A stretch of DNA of 62,632 nt, filler included, from Basidiobolus ranarum (GCA_040143965.1; 25 parts of 25 records of this genome joined end to end with filler, not necessarily neighbours in it); one strand, 5' to 3'; positions 25,156 to 38,436 are shown, counted from the whole stretch's first letter. Translations and numbers: made by a program. Notes: generated from the sequence alone by a model not told the origin.

Positions 25156-27566
25156 ATTTCTTCACCTCACCACCCTGTCATCCTTGGTATCTCAAGGCTG
25201 ATGCAGCACAATCCAGTAATAAACTGGAAGAAGAAGATTATCATGTTCAAGCAAGCTGCACCTCCTAGTCCTATTTGCCTACCTACAAAGCATCCAACTC
25301 ACCATCAGCCCAATCCTCAAAGATCTATGAAGCCAATATCCATTGACAGTGTTGCTGAAGAGCTGAAACCAACAGAAACTATGGTTCATATGCTCCTACC
25401 CAACTATTTAGCCTCTGATGATGTCTCTGACCAGAAGAAATTTGTTATACTCTCAGCTCACTGCCCTTATGATTGCCCTATAGATCTACAAGAAGGAAGA
25501 CAACCACCATTTGGGCCTATCTACGGGCTGGCCTAGCCACAACTCAACATTCTGAAAATGTGTATTGCAGAAAATTTGGAGAAAGGGTTTATTCAACATT
25601 CAAAGTCTCCAGTAGGCTCTCCAATCTTATATGTTAAGAAAAAGGATGGATCTATCCATCTCTGTGTTAATTATTGAGGCCTCAATAGAATTACAGTCAA
25701 AAATTGGTTCCCCTTACCATTAATAAATTCACTCTTGGATCAGCTTGCTTCAGCCAAGATATTTACAAAGATTGATTTAAGAGGTGCTTACAATCTTGTA
25801 AAAGTCAAAGCAAGAGATAAATGGAAAACTGCCTTTCAAACTTGCTATGGACACTTTGAATGCAATGTCATGCCATTTGGACTTACCAATGTCCCTGCAG
25901 TCTTTAAGCACATGATTAATGATATCTTCAGAGAGTATCTTGACCAGTTTGTAGTAATCTACCTGGAAGATATGTTGGTCTTCTCAAGCTCTCAAGAAGT
26001 ACATAATATTCATGTTTTGAAGTCCTAGAAAACTTGAAAACCTCTGGTCTTGATGCTAAACTTGAGACATGTAAGTTTGACCAAGCTCAAGTTGAATTCC
26101 TTGGAAATAACATTTGCCCATCAGGCTTCTCCATGGACCCTAAGAAGGTTGTGTCTGTTTGGTCTTGGGATATTGCTAAGAGTGTGAGGGATGTCCAATC
26201 CTTCCTGGTATTTGCAAACTTTAACCAATGGTTTGTTAAGATTTACTCCAAAATAGCTGCTGCATTAACAAACCTTACCAAGAAAGAAGTCCTATTTGAC
26301 TGGAACTCATCTTGCCAACACACATTTGTAAGTTTAAAGAATGCTTTTGTCTCAACACCAATCCTGGCACACCCCAAGCTAGACAAGCCATTTATTGTTG
26401 AAACAGATGCATCCAACTTTGCTCTAGGAGCAGTACTATCACAGTAAGGTGGTGACAACTTACTGCACCCTGTTGCCTTTTACTCAAGAGAGTTCTCTGC
26501 TTCAGAAATCAACTATGACATCTATGACAAGGAATTATTAGTAATTATTGGTGCAGTTGAACAATGGCAACAATACTTGGATGGTGAAAATCACACAATC
26601 ACAATCTATTGTGAACATAAGAATCTTCAGTATTTTAGTACAATCAAAGTTCTCAACTGCTGTCAAGCAAGATGGTCATTATTTCTTGCCATTTTTGATA
26701 TTATGATTACATGTCAACCAGGTAGCCTGCAGGGAAAACCTGATGCCTTATCATGTAGAGCTGAATATCAGGCTAAAGAAGGGGATGAGGCTGCAGGCCA
26801 ACAAAATACTTCCTTGCTGAAGCCCCACCAACTTCAAATTAGGACAACTGCTCTTTCTCTGCCCAGTAGAAGCATATTTCAAGAAGACATCTGCAAACTT
26901 TGGTATGAAGACCCATTGGTAATATCAATCAAGAAAACCAGGATACACCCAAAGGTCTCTCAAGCTTGGACTTGTACCCCCATTTCTCTATCATCCATGA
27001 TCTCTTGCTTTAAAGGAGCACCCTTACATTCCAGACCACACTTCCAGACTCAAAATCATGCTGGAAAGACATGACTCACCACTTGCAGGATACTGTGGTA
27101 TTGCTAAATCTTATATGTTGGCATCCAGGGATTATTGGTGGCCATAAATGTTTGCATTTGTCAAGACTTATGTTTCCACCTGTGATGCTTGTGCTTGAGT
27201 GAAGACACCAATATGTTAGCCCTATGGCCTCCTACTCCCACTTCCTATTCCTGATCAGCTGTGGGAATCCATGTCCCTCTATTTCATAACTGATCTACCC
27301 TTGTCTGTTAAATATGATTCAATTCTAGTAATTGTTGACCATCTAACAAATATGGCCCACTTTGTGCCCTGTAACAAGTCAATTGATGCAAAACAAACAG
27401 CAGAATTGGTAACTCAAAATATTTTCTGCCTTCACAAACTCCCTAAAACTATCATCTCTGACCAAGGACCTCAGTTTGCTGCCAAATTTTGTAAAGTCTT
27501 CTCCAAACCTTGAGGGTCTCTGGCAATCTCTCCACTGCTTTCCCTCGCCAATGTGATGGCCAAACA
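25156..27566 (+). mobile_element. Ty3/gypsy (Tf1/Tf2-like) pol pseudogene: RT, RNase H, integrase
   Basis: [38 protein letters not shown] (decayed YLDD); ETDASNFALGAVLSQ; NYDIYDKELL; SLYFITDLP; IISDQGPQF. RT-RH-IN order. Confidence 0.95.
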
Positions 27567-27666
27567 NNNNNNNNNNNNNNNNNNNNNNNNNNNNNNNNNN
27601 NNNNNNNNNNTTAATTAATTAANNNNNNNNNNNNNNNNNNNNNNNNNNNNNNNNNNNNNNNNNNNN

Positions 27667-30076
27667 TTCCCACTCAATTAATTATTTTGTATTTCTCCTA
27701 AACCTAAGTTATATCTTGATAATTCAAATTTTGCTTTGGCTAAAGGTTTGGTTAAGATACAGGCGATCATATCTTCAGTAGGTCAATAGACAAGATCAAT
27801 TATATTATACTCTATTGCTTCTCTAACAAAATGATGCCTAATAACTATATGTTTTGTTCTAGTATGAAATGTAGGGTTTTTTGCTAATGAAATACAACTT
27901 TAATTATCTTCAAGTACAGTAGTAGCACATTTTTGCATGTATCCAAAGTCTGTAAGAACTTCCTTAATCACATAGCTTCTTGTGTAGTAGCAGAGGCAGC
28001 TATATACACTGATTCTGTAGTGGAAAGTACTATGGTTGGTTGCTTCTTACTATTCCAAGCTATGGCTCCATTACCATAGAGAAAAGTTTACCCAGTTGTT
28101 GTTCTTCTATCATCAAGGTTTCTTCCCCAGTCTGCATCACTGTAGCCTTCAAAATATTGTGCATCAGGAGTGGCAGAGTATTCCAGAACTAGATTTACAG
28201 TTCCTCTCAAATACCTGAATATTTATTTACTGCAGTTTTGTGCTCAGATCCTGGATTTTTGAGATATTGGCTGACAGTTCCCACTGCCCAAGTAATGTAT
28301 GGATGTGTTCCAACTATTGTATATGTAAAACTACCAACAATGGATTGATGAGGGAACTCCCGGCTTTGATTTGTGTCATGTTGGCCCAAATTAGATGCAA
28401 TTTTATTTATTTTCACATTGGGATCCATTGGTGTTGATACAGGCTTGCTATACTCCTTGTTGAAGCGTTTTAGGAAGTTTAGGATGTATACAGAGTGATT
28501 CAGCCGGATTTTCTTATTGGGTTCATCACTCTTGTTTTGGATTCCAAGAAAATAACTTAATTCACCCATGACAGTCATCTGAAATTGGTTTGATAAGCTG
28601 CATTTTGTCTGATTAAGTGCTTCTAGATCATTTGTGGCTATGATTAAGTCATCCACATATAGTGCCAAGATAAGGATTCTATTTCCAGTTGTTTTGACAT
28701 AAACACTGTGATCTGCTGTGCATTTGTGGAATACTAGTGTTTCCAAACAGGTATCTATCTTGTTGTACCATGCGCTGGGTGCTTGCTTGAGTCCGTATAG
28801 TGGTTTTTGCTGTTTACAGACCATATCAGGATGTTTTGAATCAACAAATCCATCTGGTTGCTCTATTTAGATCTCTTCTTCTAGATTTCCATTCAGAAAG
28901 GCTGTTTTTACCCCCATTTGATGTAAATCAAGGTTATGGATGGCTGATAGTGCCAGGAGTGATCTAATGGAGCTAATCTTAGCTACTGGAGCAAAGGTTT
29001 CATTAAAATCAACTCCTGGAGTCTGGTAATAGCCTTTTGTGACTAATCTTGTTGTGTAACATTCTTCAATTCTAACAGCTCAGTTTTGACTTTGTAGGCC
29101 CATTAGCAACCTATTGGCTTTCTCCCTGCTGGAAGTCAACATAAAACCCACATTTTATTGTCCTGAAGTGAAGAAAACTCATCTGACATAGCTTGTTCCC
29201 ATAATTTTGATTCTGGAAACTCTTGAGCTTGATGCAGAGTCCAGGGCTTATCACAGAATGCTGTATAAGAATATACATCATTATTCAAAGTATTCCACCA
29301 GTTTCCTGGCTTATTTCTCCTTCTGGTTGATCTTTAAGGTCTCTTATCATCCCCTGATATAATTGGGACTGGAATTTCAGTTGAATAGGGCTCCAAAACA
29401 GCTGGAATTCCATCACACTTCCTGAATAGGTTGATTGTGTTTTCTGGATTAAGAACTGTGATTTGGGATGAAAATTTGATTTTTCATCAAAAATCACATC
29501 TCTGCACTTGAGTAACTTCAGATTTTTGGTATCAAACAGTCTGTAGGCCTTAGATCCATTGCAGTAACCAAGATGTATACATTTCCTGCTTCTAGGTTCC
29601 AATTTAGAGTATTTTTGAGCTGGTATTAGGCAATATGCCATGCAGCCAAAGATCCTGAGATGAACCACATTTGGTTTTGACTCATATAGGCCTGCAAAAG
29701 TAGTAGATTTTTGTAGGAATCTTGTTGGTATCTGTTTTTGACAAAGACTGGAGTGGAGACAGATTCAGCTCAAAATTGGTAATCTAACTTATGATCATAT
29801 AACATTGATTTGCCAACTCCACTATGGTCCTATTAGCACATTCTGCAACTCTATTTTGCTGTGGAGCCTAAGGTACTGTAGTTTGTTGCTTAATTCCATG
29901 TTTACAGCAAAAACTAGCAAAGTCTCTAGAGCAGTATTCTCCAGCATTATCACTCCTTAGTACCCTGATCTTCTGGGTCCTGCATCATCCTTTGATGTAA
30001 TTGGGACTGAAATTTTGGTTGAATTGGGCTCAGATAGAGCTGGAATTTTGTCAGACACTTCCTGAATAGTGCTGAT
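27667..30076 (-). mobile_element. Copia family B pol pseudogene (integrase, RT, RNase H, PPT)
   Basis: HLRIFGCMAY...KCIHLGY; KPLYGLKQAP; ALYVDDLII; HTRTKHIVIRHHF. The PPT at the contig start matches 18212. Confidence 0.93.
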
Positions 30077-30176
30077 NNNNNNNNNNNNNNNNNNNNNNNN
30101 NNNNNNNNNNNNNNNNNNNNTTAATTAATTAANNNNNNNNNNNNNNNNNNNNNNNNNNNNNNNNNNNNNNNNNNNN

Positions 30177-30503
30177 AAGAAGTCCAAAATCAACGTTGAA
30201 TACATTCACATCTCTGCTCTTCTTGGTTTCGTCGAATCAACTTTGATTTGGGCCGTCACTACCCTGAAGCTCGAGAGAGAACATGAACTAAGAGTTATCT
30301 TAGCATTCAACAAGGTTCTTTGGTTACAAAATGATTTCTTTGCAAAGTACTATGCTAAGGATGGCTCTGATGTACCCAACTCTTTTGGCTTACACGCTCA
30401 TCCAATCAAATCTTCTAAATTTAACCTCGACAGTGCTATGATTGGTGGCGCCATGGCTGTTGTTATAGTATTGCTTGTGCAAAAATTTTTAGCTTTGTAT
30501 TGA
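30177..30503 (+). CDS. Fungal protoglobin-domain protein, C-terminal part with hydrophobic tail
   Basis: Frame open from the contig start: INVEYIHISALLGFVE...AFNKVLWLQNDFFAKYY, a motif I recognise from fungal protoglobin-family proteins. C-terminus AMIGGAMAVVIVLLVQKFLALY. Confidence 0.75.
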   Translation, partial: KKSKINVEYIHISALLGFVESTLIWAVTTLKLEREHELRVILAFNKVLWLQNDFFAKYYAKDGSDVPNSFGLHAHPIKSSKFNLDSAMIGGAMAVVIVLLVQKFLALY

Positions 30504-31285
30504 TATTTTCTAACATTGCATGTACTTTGTTTTATTTTTAACTAGAAATGTAGCTTTGTGAAGCACAGTTAGGGTTAGAGTTATTTTACAACATATTGTA
30601 TCGATTATTTCCATCATTTAACTACCCTGTTCCATCTAATTTTTCTTAACACTCTTGTATTCCATTAACTGGGATAATCATTTTAAAGCTACAGAAATGT
30701 TTGTTTCAATATCAGTTGTGCACACCTAAAAACTAAAAGCGAATTCAGTATCATTAACTACCGGCCTTCAGAACCTTGTCTCTTTTATAAACTATAAACG
30801 ACATAAAGTTCATCCAATTAACAAGTTATTTGATCATTATTTATCAAGATGGGCTCGATACCATTGTATCTTTCTCACAATAAACTGGTGCTTGTGCTGC
30901 TACCCTATTTGATCAACCATCCAATTGTATATAAAGCCGTTGATGGCTTGATGAAGCTAACGTATGATGACTGTCATTTATGGCAGTAACATGTGTAGAG
31001 ATATTTGATTGAAATAAATCTGCCACTTCAATGTCATTAACAAAGCGACAATGAAGTCACATATATCCATTGTGTAAATATATTGTGACGGCTTAATTCC
31101 AGGATAGCAAAGTATAGTCGCACACCATGTCCAACACCTAGTTAACAGCCCCTTTTTGTCTGTACCTTGGTTTGTCTACATCACCTCATTAGAATCTCTC
31201 CAATATGCTTGAACTTGTGGCATATTGCTTTTTATCCTCTAAAACTAAGTTTGTACTAAAAATATTTCAACAGAATATGAGACCA

Positions 31286-32586
31286 GAACCTGCACTCTCT
31301 GTAATGTCTATTTCTCAATTTTTGGGAACTTTTGGCTCCTCCAAACAATTGGATGGAGCCAATTGTCTGTTAAAGTATTTGGGAGCCTGTTGAGAGTGGT
31401 TTGGAGAAATAGACAAGTTGGTGGTTTTTGCCGATATTAGCATTGCCTTAACACCTATATAGTCATACATAGCTTAGTATTTAGTTATGTTATATTTCAC
31501 CAAGATATTACCCATTATTCTCAATTAGAATCTACCTAGAATATTGACACTAATTTAGAAGTTCTCAGATATACCAATTTTTTCAAACTTATGCTAGGAG
31601 TCCTAAACTTTGCTCACATGTTCATTGGACTTTCCTTAACACATTCTACATGCTGATTTGCTTATATCTTGACAAAAGTTTATCAGTCAATGTTTAAATG
31701 GATAAATCATTAAGTGGGAAACACCACTTTCTCTAATTATCCAAGCCACTGCCAACAGGCTCCAAAATACTTTGACAGCTATGAGCCCTAAGCTTGCACT
31801 CTCTGTAATGTCTACTTCTCAAATTTCTGGAAATTTTCCCTCTTCTGAAAAATTGGATGGAACCAATTATCAAGATTGGAAAATAAAAATGAAAATGCTG
31901 CTACAAGAAAAGGACTTTGGGACACTGTTGTAGGAGAAGAAAACAATTCAAAACTATCTGAAACCAAAGTTTTACTCCAGGTTAAAATAGAACAAAGTGC
32001 CTTTAACACAATTTGCCTTAATGTAAATGTTAAAGTATTTGGGAGCCTGTTGGAAGTGGCTTGGAGAATTAGAGGAATTGGCGGTTTTCACTTATTGATT
32101 CATTGAGTAGAAAGTTGACATTTATAGTTTGTCAAGATGTAAACAAACAAACATGTAGAATGTGTTAAGGAAGGTCCCAGGAACATATGTGCAAAGCTTG
32201 GAGCTTCTAGCACCAGTTTGAAAAATCTATATATCTGAGAACTTCTAAGTTGGTAAAAAAATTCTAAGTAAATTCCAATTTACAATAATGGATAATATCT
32301 TGGTGAGTTATAAGATAACTAAGTACTAAGCTATATATGACTATACAGGTGTTTAGGCAAAGCTGATTTCAAAACTCTCCCTCAACTAAATAGTCATATA
32401 AACTCATCCTAATAAAGGTCTAAATTTCTCAAATTTCTGTATAGCTAATGGTTTGGTTAATATATCAGCAATCATATCTTCTATAGAACAATAAGTTAAG
32501 TTGATAAACTTGTTCTCTATAGTCTCTCTAATGAAGTGATGCTTAATATCTATATGTTTGCTTCTATTATGAAATGTGGGATTTTT
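31286..32586. mobile_element. Nested copia family A cluster: gag start; partial LTR (-) 31368-31428; LTR (+) 31429-31777, PBS and gag 31808-32027; 3' LTR (-) 32028-32374, PPT and RNase H
   Basis: LTR homology to 5426-5789; PBS GCTATGAGCCC; PPT AGTTGAGGGAGAG; HNRSKHIDIKHHF. Confidence 0.9.
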
Positions 32587-34293
32587 NNNNNNNNNNNNNN
32601 NNNNNNNNNNNNNNNNNNNNNNNNNNNNNNTTAATTAATTAANNNNNNNNNNNNNNNNNNNNNNNNNNNNNNNNNNNNNNNNNNNNCTATGCAGAATAGA
32701 TAGCAGGTCGTGGGGGGGGGGTTAGACACCAGCACGGAAAGCCTGATAGGGAATATTAGGTAGTAAAGTACTGTTGTGTGTATTAAGTCAGTATACTATT
32801 GTGGTGAGACTCAGTAGTCAGATCATATTCTGCACAATACGCCAAGATGTTTTGCGAATAGTGAGAGGGCTTGGAATCATTCTCCTCCATTCCATAAACA
32901 ATATAGGGATGTATGTGTGAACCTTTAAGAGTGCCTTAATGAGATAAAGCACATGATAGCACTATGCCTAACAAGGCCTATCCTAAGGAATAAAAAGAAT
33001 GCATACAGAACTGTTTGACAAGATCCCATGAATGATTACATAGTCAGACAGGCCAAACAAATACATTATTGAGGAATATCGGCTATACATATTTGTATGT
33101 CAATACCGAGCAGGTACATTGTAAGATCAAGCATTCTAAGTGCATAATGAGCTCTACATATTTATATTTTCTGCGAGGTACACTTTTGCCAAAAATCTAA
33201 AAAACCTTTGATAAAGCCCTAGCTAATTATGGATTTAGTATTTAACAATAGTAGTGACCTTTCTAGGTAGAATGATCCCCAAGTGTCAAAGGGTTTTATT
33301 TCCATCAGAGAATATAAAGTCAAACTCAATGTACAGCGAAAGAACTCAAATCAAAGTATACATACAGTTTTCATTGGGTTTTTAGTTTAGGACGGCTGAT
33401 TCGGGAATGTCTGAAATAATAACTACATACGGCCTGTAATTTTAGCTAAGTGCTATTACGTAAGTAGAGAAAATGTGAAATGGAACAATTTGGTTAATGC
33501 AAGGATAAAGAGCAATATGTACTTGACTAGAAGCGGTTGCCAGTTGATCATATGCATTTAATGAGGGACAATATTCAATGTGGCAGTACTAGGTGATATC
33601 CTGAAGTTAGTTGTGAGACCTTCAATGTTGAACTCAGGGTACTGCACATAATATAAATGAATTTAAAAGTATGCTAAAAAGAAAGCACGGATTTACCTCA
33701 AGCACTCCATTTGACATGATTAAACGATTAAAGCGAATAATATCCCAATGGCACTAATTTCGATGAAAGTACAGTTGTCAGGTGTGACAAAGCACCAATA
33801 AGTAAACTGAGACGAAGCTAAATTCTAATGGACAATAATGTGTCACATCTGCCCAATTCAGGAAATAGGTGCCTATTTAATGGGAAACTAATCCTAGCTC
33901 AAACCAATATAAGTTAGTTCATATTTACTATTATCGAAATACGGCTAGCTGCGATTAGGATGGAACTAATTAAGATTCCTGACTTCCAGATATAGTCTAA
34001 TTATGCATGTCTCTGAATCTCTCTAAATACCCGGTATACAATGGTACTAAGATCAATCTAGACTAATTATGCTGAACTTCAACTTGTTCGCTACTAAAAC
34101 TACTTACATCCACATGCTCTTGACAAAGAGTCTGGTGGACAGAAGGATTCATGCGAGTCCTATTTATTTGTGCTGTTTCAATGTGCATCTGAAAGAAAAA
34201 GGATTAAAAATCCATATGGGGAAAACTATGACGAGAACAAGTCGCGACATATAATATTCATTGGTTCATATTGTTAAGCAGAATAGATTTACG

Positions 34294-35095
34294 CTAAATA
34301 AAGTCACCAAACTTAGTTTCTGGAGATACATTGGCTTGAAAGTATTGTTGAGCAAGGCGAGCAGTGGCCGTTGCTAAAACTGTAGCTACTGCACGACGTG
34401 GCAACAACTGTACCCCTCCTTGAGATAGTTCCACTCCATAGGTCGCTGCATTGCATGCTATAGCAATACTATCTCGGAATATATCTCCCGATTTAATCGG
34501 TATCTTAGTTGAACTAGCACTTTTCAAGGCATCCATTGCTGCGTTTACATAGTCCTCTGCTGCACCATATACTACATCCGATGATTTTTTCAGATCCTTT
34601 GGATGATAAAGATACGTATCAAGAGGTGAGAACATTGCAATGCTATTAAGAAGCACACAGGATTGTGCCATGACTTGTGCAGGATCAAAACCTTTAATTA
34701 TCTCTCCAACTGCTCTCCAAAGTTTAGCATCAGGAAAGGACATCCAATCGACGAACATATCCTTTTGCTGTTGCGAAAACTGATCGCCAAGATTCTCCAT
34801 GATGGGCTCAGCGATATCAGCTACCGTCTTTCTAACAGAAAGCATATCCATCTTGGCCAGATTGTCATAGGTGCTACGAATGGTATCAAATGATCCCTGA
34901 TTGCTAGTGACTGTTGCCATTTGAATCATCACTCCAGAAAGTTGCTTCGCCTTCAAGAGCATCTCAGCATTGGTGGGGGTGATATTTGACATAGTAGCAA
35001 GTCCTACGGCCGAAACTAATGCTACAGTGCAAAATTTGCCTTTAGTTGATAACAACTTTGAGATTAAGTCATTTGCTGCTACAAGACCCGGCTCT
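34294..35095 (-). CDS. Hypothetical protein, C-terminal >=266 aa, 5' truncated by the contig end
   Basis: Uninterrupted frame from 35094 to the stop at 34294. CpG retained, normal protein composition, no family recognised. Confidence 0.7.
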
Positions 35096-35280
35096 NNNNN
35101 NNNNNNNNNNNNNNNNNNNNNNNNNNNNNNNNNNNNNNNTTAATTAATTAANNNNNNNNNNNNNNNNNNNNNNNNNNNNNNNNNNNNNNNNNNNNCATCT
35201 TTAATTGTGTCACCATAGGTCATTGGTACAGTGGAACCAGTTGTCTGTGTATAGTTAGTTGTACTAAGTCAATATTTGGG

Positions 35281-35560
35281 TTAGGGGGATGAAAAGCACC
35301 AGGCAGTGTGGACTTTATTTAGCTTATATACTAATCTAAACAAAGTGGCAATCAAGATATTAATCTTTTAAGATATTGTGACAATATTGGATCATATCCA
35401 TACTCAACTTGATGACCAATTTAGGGGGATGAGAAGCACCAGGTGGTGTGGGCTTTATTTAGCTTATTTACTAATCTAAACAAAGTGACAATCAAAACAT
35501 CAATCTTCTAAGATATTCAGACAAAACTCAATCATATCCATACTGAGCTCAATGACCAAT
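35281..35560. repeat. Two tandem 140-bp direct repeats at the 3' end of a LINE-like element; third copy at 37470-37603
   Basis: Units start TTAGGGGGATGA at 35281 and 35421 and end ...TGACCAAT. Confidence 0.85.
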
Positions 35561-35704
35561 GTAATCCAGTTCTGGGGATGTAAATATAGTATTAAGGGGC
35601 AAAGGTGGTAAGCAGAAAGGAAGATATTCAGTATGAACCATGTGGATAATAGAACAAAAACATGGAATAATGGGGGTCAAGAAAGGTGTCTTAGAGGCAA
35701 GGTA

Positions 35705-36387
35705 TCACTTCCAAAGTACTAGCTGAAAGTCTATAGCAACAACTTTAGGCAGTTTTGTTACATATAGTTGTAATGCTAGTTCAGAAACAAGAGTGTCTTC
35801 TTGTATTAGTTTCCTGCATGACAGTGGATTTGAAAATGGTGTGGCTAGCCACTTCTTAACCTGTGAATTTCTGCAGTCATTTAGTTGGAGTAAAAATCTA
35901 GCTCTCACTAGCACTACTCTAATATGATATGGGCAGAATCCAAAAGTTTCATTCAGAGCATGATCATAGGGAGTCTCCAGCAAGCCAGGCATGAGCAGCC
36001 TGAGGCAGTAGCTGATGAATCTATCAAGCATGGAATAGTCTCTCTGGTTGAGTGGGAGTTGATGTACTCCATTTTGCAGAACTGGTTTCACAAACTGCTT
36101 GCAAAGTCTTTGGCATCTGTGATAAGATGTATTGGGAGGTGTAACTGTAAGGAACTTGCAAACAGCCTCTTTAGCCAAGAAATTTCTAATTAACAGGTGC
36201 TTCTACAGATCAATGGCTACTTGAGTAAATGGGAGGCCAAAATAGGTTGCATGGCTCACTTGAGTAGGCTCATTATCATACAAGGTTATAGTACCACCAA
36301 GTGGAATTGCTTTGGCAATGGAAAGCTCCAAGTTATTTTCTAATAGATACCTCTGAGCAGTAGCAGTATCCTGCAGAGGCTGAGTAA
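35705..36387 (-). mobile_element. Non-LTR (LINE-like) reverse transcriptase C-terminal remnant
   Basis: LQDT...ENNLEL..AK...TYFGLPF..AID...RLCKQFVKPVLQNG resembles RT domains 6-7 and the thumb (YLG.PF..GID; K.F.RP.LEYG). Cut by a copia LTR at ~36388. Confidence 0.6.
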
Positions 36388-37469
36388 TTTTAAAGTATTT
36401 GAGAGCCTGCTGGAAGTGGTTTGGAGAATTAAAGAAATTGATGGTTTTCACTTATTGCTTTATTGAGTAGAAAGTTGACATTTATTGTTTTGTCAAGATA
36501 TAAACAAACTAACATGTAGAAAGTGTTATAGAAGGTCTCAAGAACATGTGTAGATAGTTTGGGGCTTCTAGCATAGGTTTGAAAAATCTATATATCTGAG
36601 AACTTCTAAGTTGTTAAAAATATTCCAAGTAAATACCAAATGAGGATAATGGACAATATCTTAGTGAAATAAAAAATAACTAAGTACCAGGCTATATATG
36701 ACTATATAGGTGTTTAGGCAATGCTAATTTCAACACTATCCCTCACCTGAATAGTCATATAAACCAATTGTAAGGAAAGACTAAAGTTCTAAAATTCCTG
36801 TCTAGCTAATGGTTTGGTTAATATATAAGCAATCATGTCTTCTTTAGAACAATAAGTTAAGTCAATGGACTTATTTTCTATAGTCCCTTTTTTGAAGTGA
36901 TGCTTGATATCAATATGTTTGCTTCTATTGTGAAATGTAGGAGTTATAGCTAATTTGATACAACTTTGATTATCTTGAAATATTGCAGTTGGTAAATTTT
37001 TGGAATAACCTAAATCTATTAAAAGCTTTGTTAACCATATTGCTTCTTTTGCTGATTCATAGTCAGCCATGTATTCAGCTTGTGTTGTTGAAAGTGCTAC
37101 AGCAGGTTGTTTCTTTGAGTTCCAAGAAATTGCTCCATTACAGCAATGTAAAAAGTATCCTGTTGTAGATCTCCTGTCTTCGACATCTGTTCCCCAATTT
37201 GAATCTGAATATCCCATCAGATCAAAGTTTGATCCAGAATATGTCTATTTTAAACATATATCCACAGTACCTTTCAAATATCTGAAAATCCACTTAACTG
37301 CTATGATGTGCTCAGATCCATAATTTTCAGGATATTGGTACATAACTCTCACAAAATATGCAATATCTGGCCATGTTCCAACCACGATATACATCAAACT
37401 ACCAAGCATAGATTGATAAGGAAATTTCTGGCTTGCATTTGAATCCAAAAATGTCTGATTTGAGCCATT
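36388..37469 (-). mobile_element. Copia family A 3' portion: RT end, RNase H, PPT and 3' LTR (36388-36735)
   Basis: GYSDSNWGTDVEDRRSTTGY; SKKQPAVALSTTQAEY; FHNRSKHIDIKHHF; LTR terminus TTTCAACA at 36735. Confidence 0.93.
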
Positions 37470-37703
37470 TTAGGGGGGGATGAAAAGCACCTGATGGTGT
37501 GGACTTTATTTAGCTTAAATACTAATCTAAACAAAGTGACAATCAAGACATCAATCTTTTAAGATATTGTGACAATACTGGATCATATCCATACTTAACC
37601 TGANNNNNNNNNNNNNNNNNNNNNNNNNNNNNNNNNNNNNNNNNNNNTTAATTAATTAANNNNNNNNNNNNNNNNNNNNNNNNNNNNNNNNNNNNNNNNN
37701 NNN

Positions 37704-38436
37704 AACTCATGGCTCTCCAACCTCAACTGGTACTTTTCAAAGTGTTGAAATTGGTCCCAAAGGTAAAGGCAAGCAAAAAGCCACACAAACACCACAGAGC
37801 ACCCTCAGTAGTATCACACTACAAGGACATACAAAAATAGTCAAAGTGCTTGAGGAGTATTTTCAAAAGTATAAAGGGAAAAATGCAGTGCAAGTATGCA
37901 GAAAGTGGCTTCAGAAGAAGAACATTCAACTTGACATTCAGTCTGGTGTTGACCATGCAGATATCTGGGAAGAACTAAATACTAAGTGGCACAATATTGC
38001 AGGGTATCTGCCATATAGCTGGAAGAATGTTGATTCAGCAATGTTAATACAATGGTGTGCTTTGATGGAGATATTGATACAAACTTATGTTGGGTATGAG
38101 CTAAACCTTGGGTATGAAGAACTCTATGAAAATATTCAGGAGAATATAACAAAGAGACCAGGGATTTTGAAGGTGACAAATTAACATTCAAGTGGTAATT
38201 GTGTAAAATTTGAGTTATGTTGTTCACACATGTGTTGATCCATAGTTTTCTGTGATTGTAGCCAATCATGCGCAACTATTTTGCAAGATCTTGAAATTTC
38301 ACCCTTGAAACTGAAAAAATTGATTAAAATCAAATCTAAGTTGACAATTTTATAACAGTAAGTAAATGGTCAATCCCAAATGGATTAAAATTGTGATGGT
38401 TTTCTGACAATAACAATCCTCAAATTTCTGTCAGGG
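37704..38436 (+). mobile_element. CMC/EnSpm-like ORF2 C-terminus (to 38184) and element end (...CTGTCAGGG)
   Basis: Start overlaps 4615-4663; 38121-38436 matches 1-316. Confidence 0.65.
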
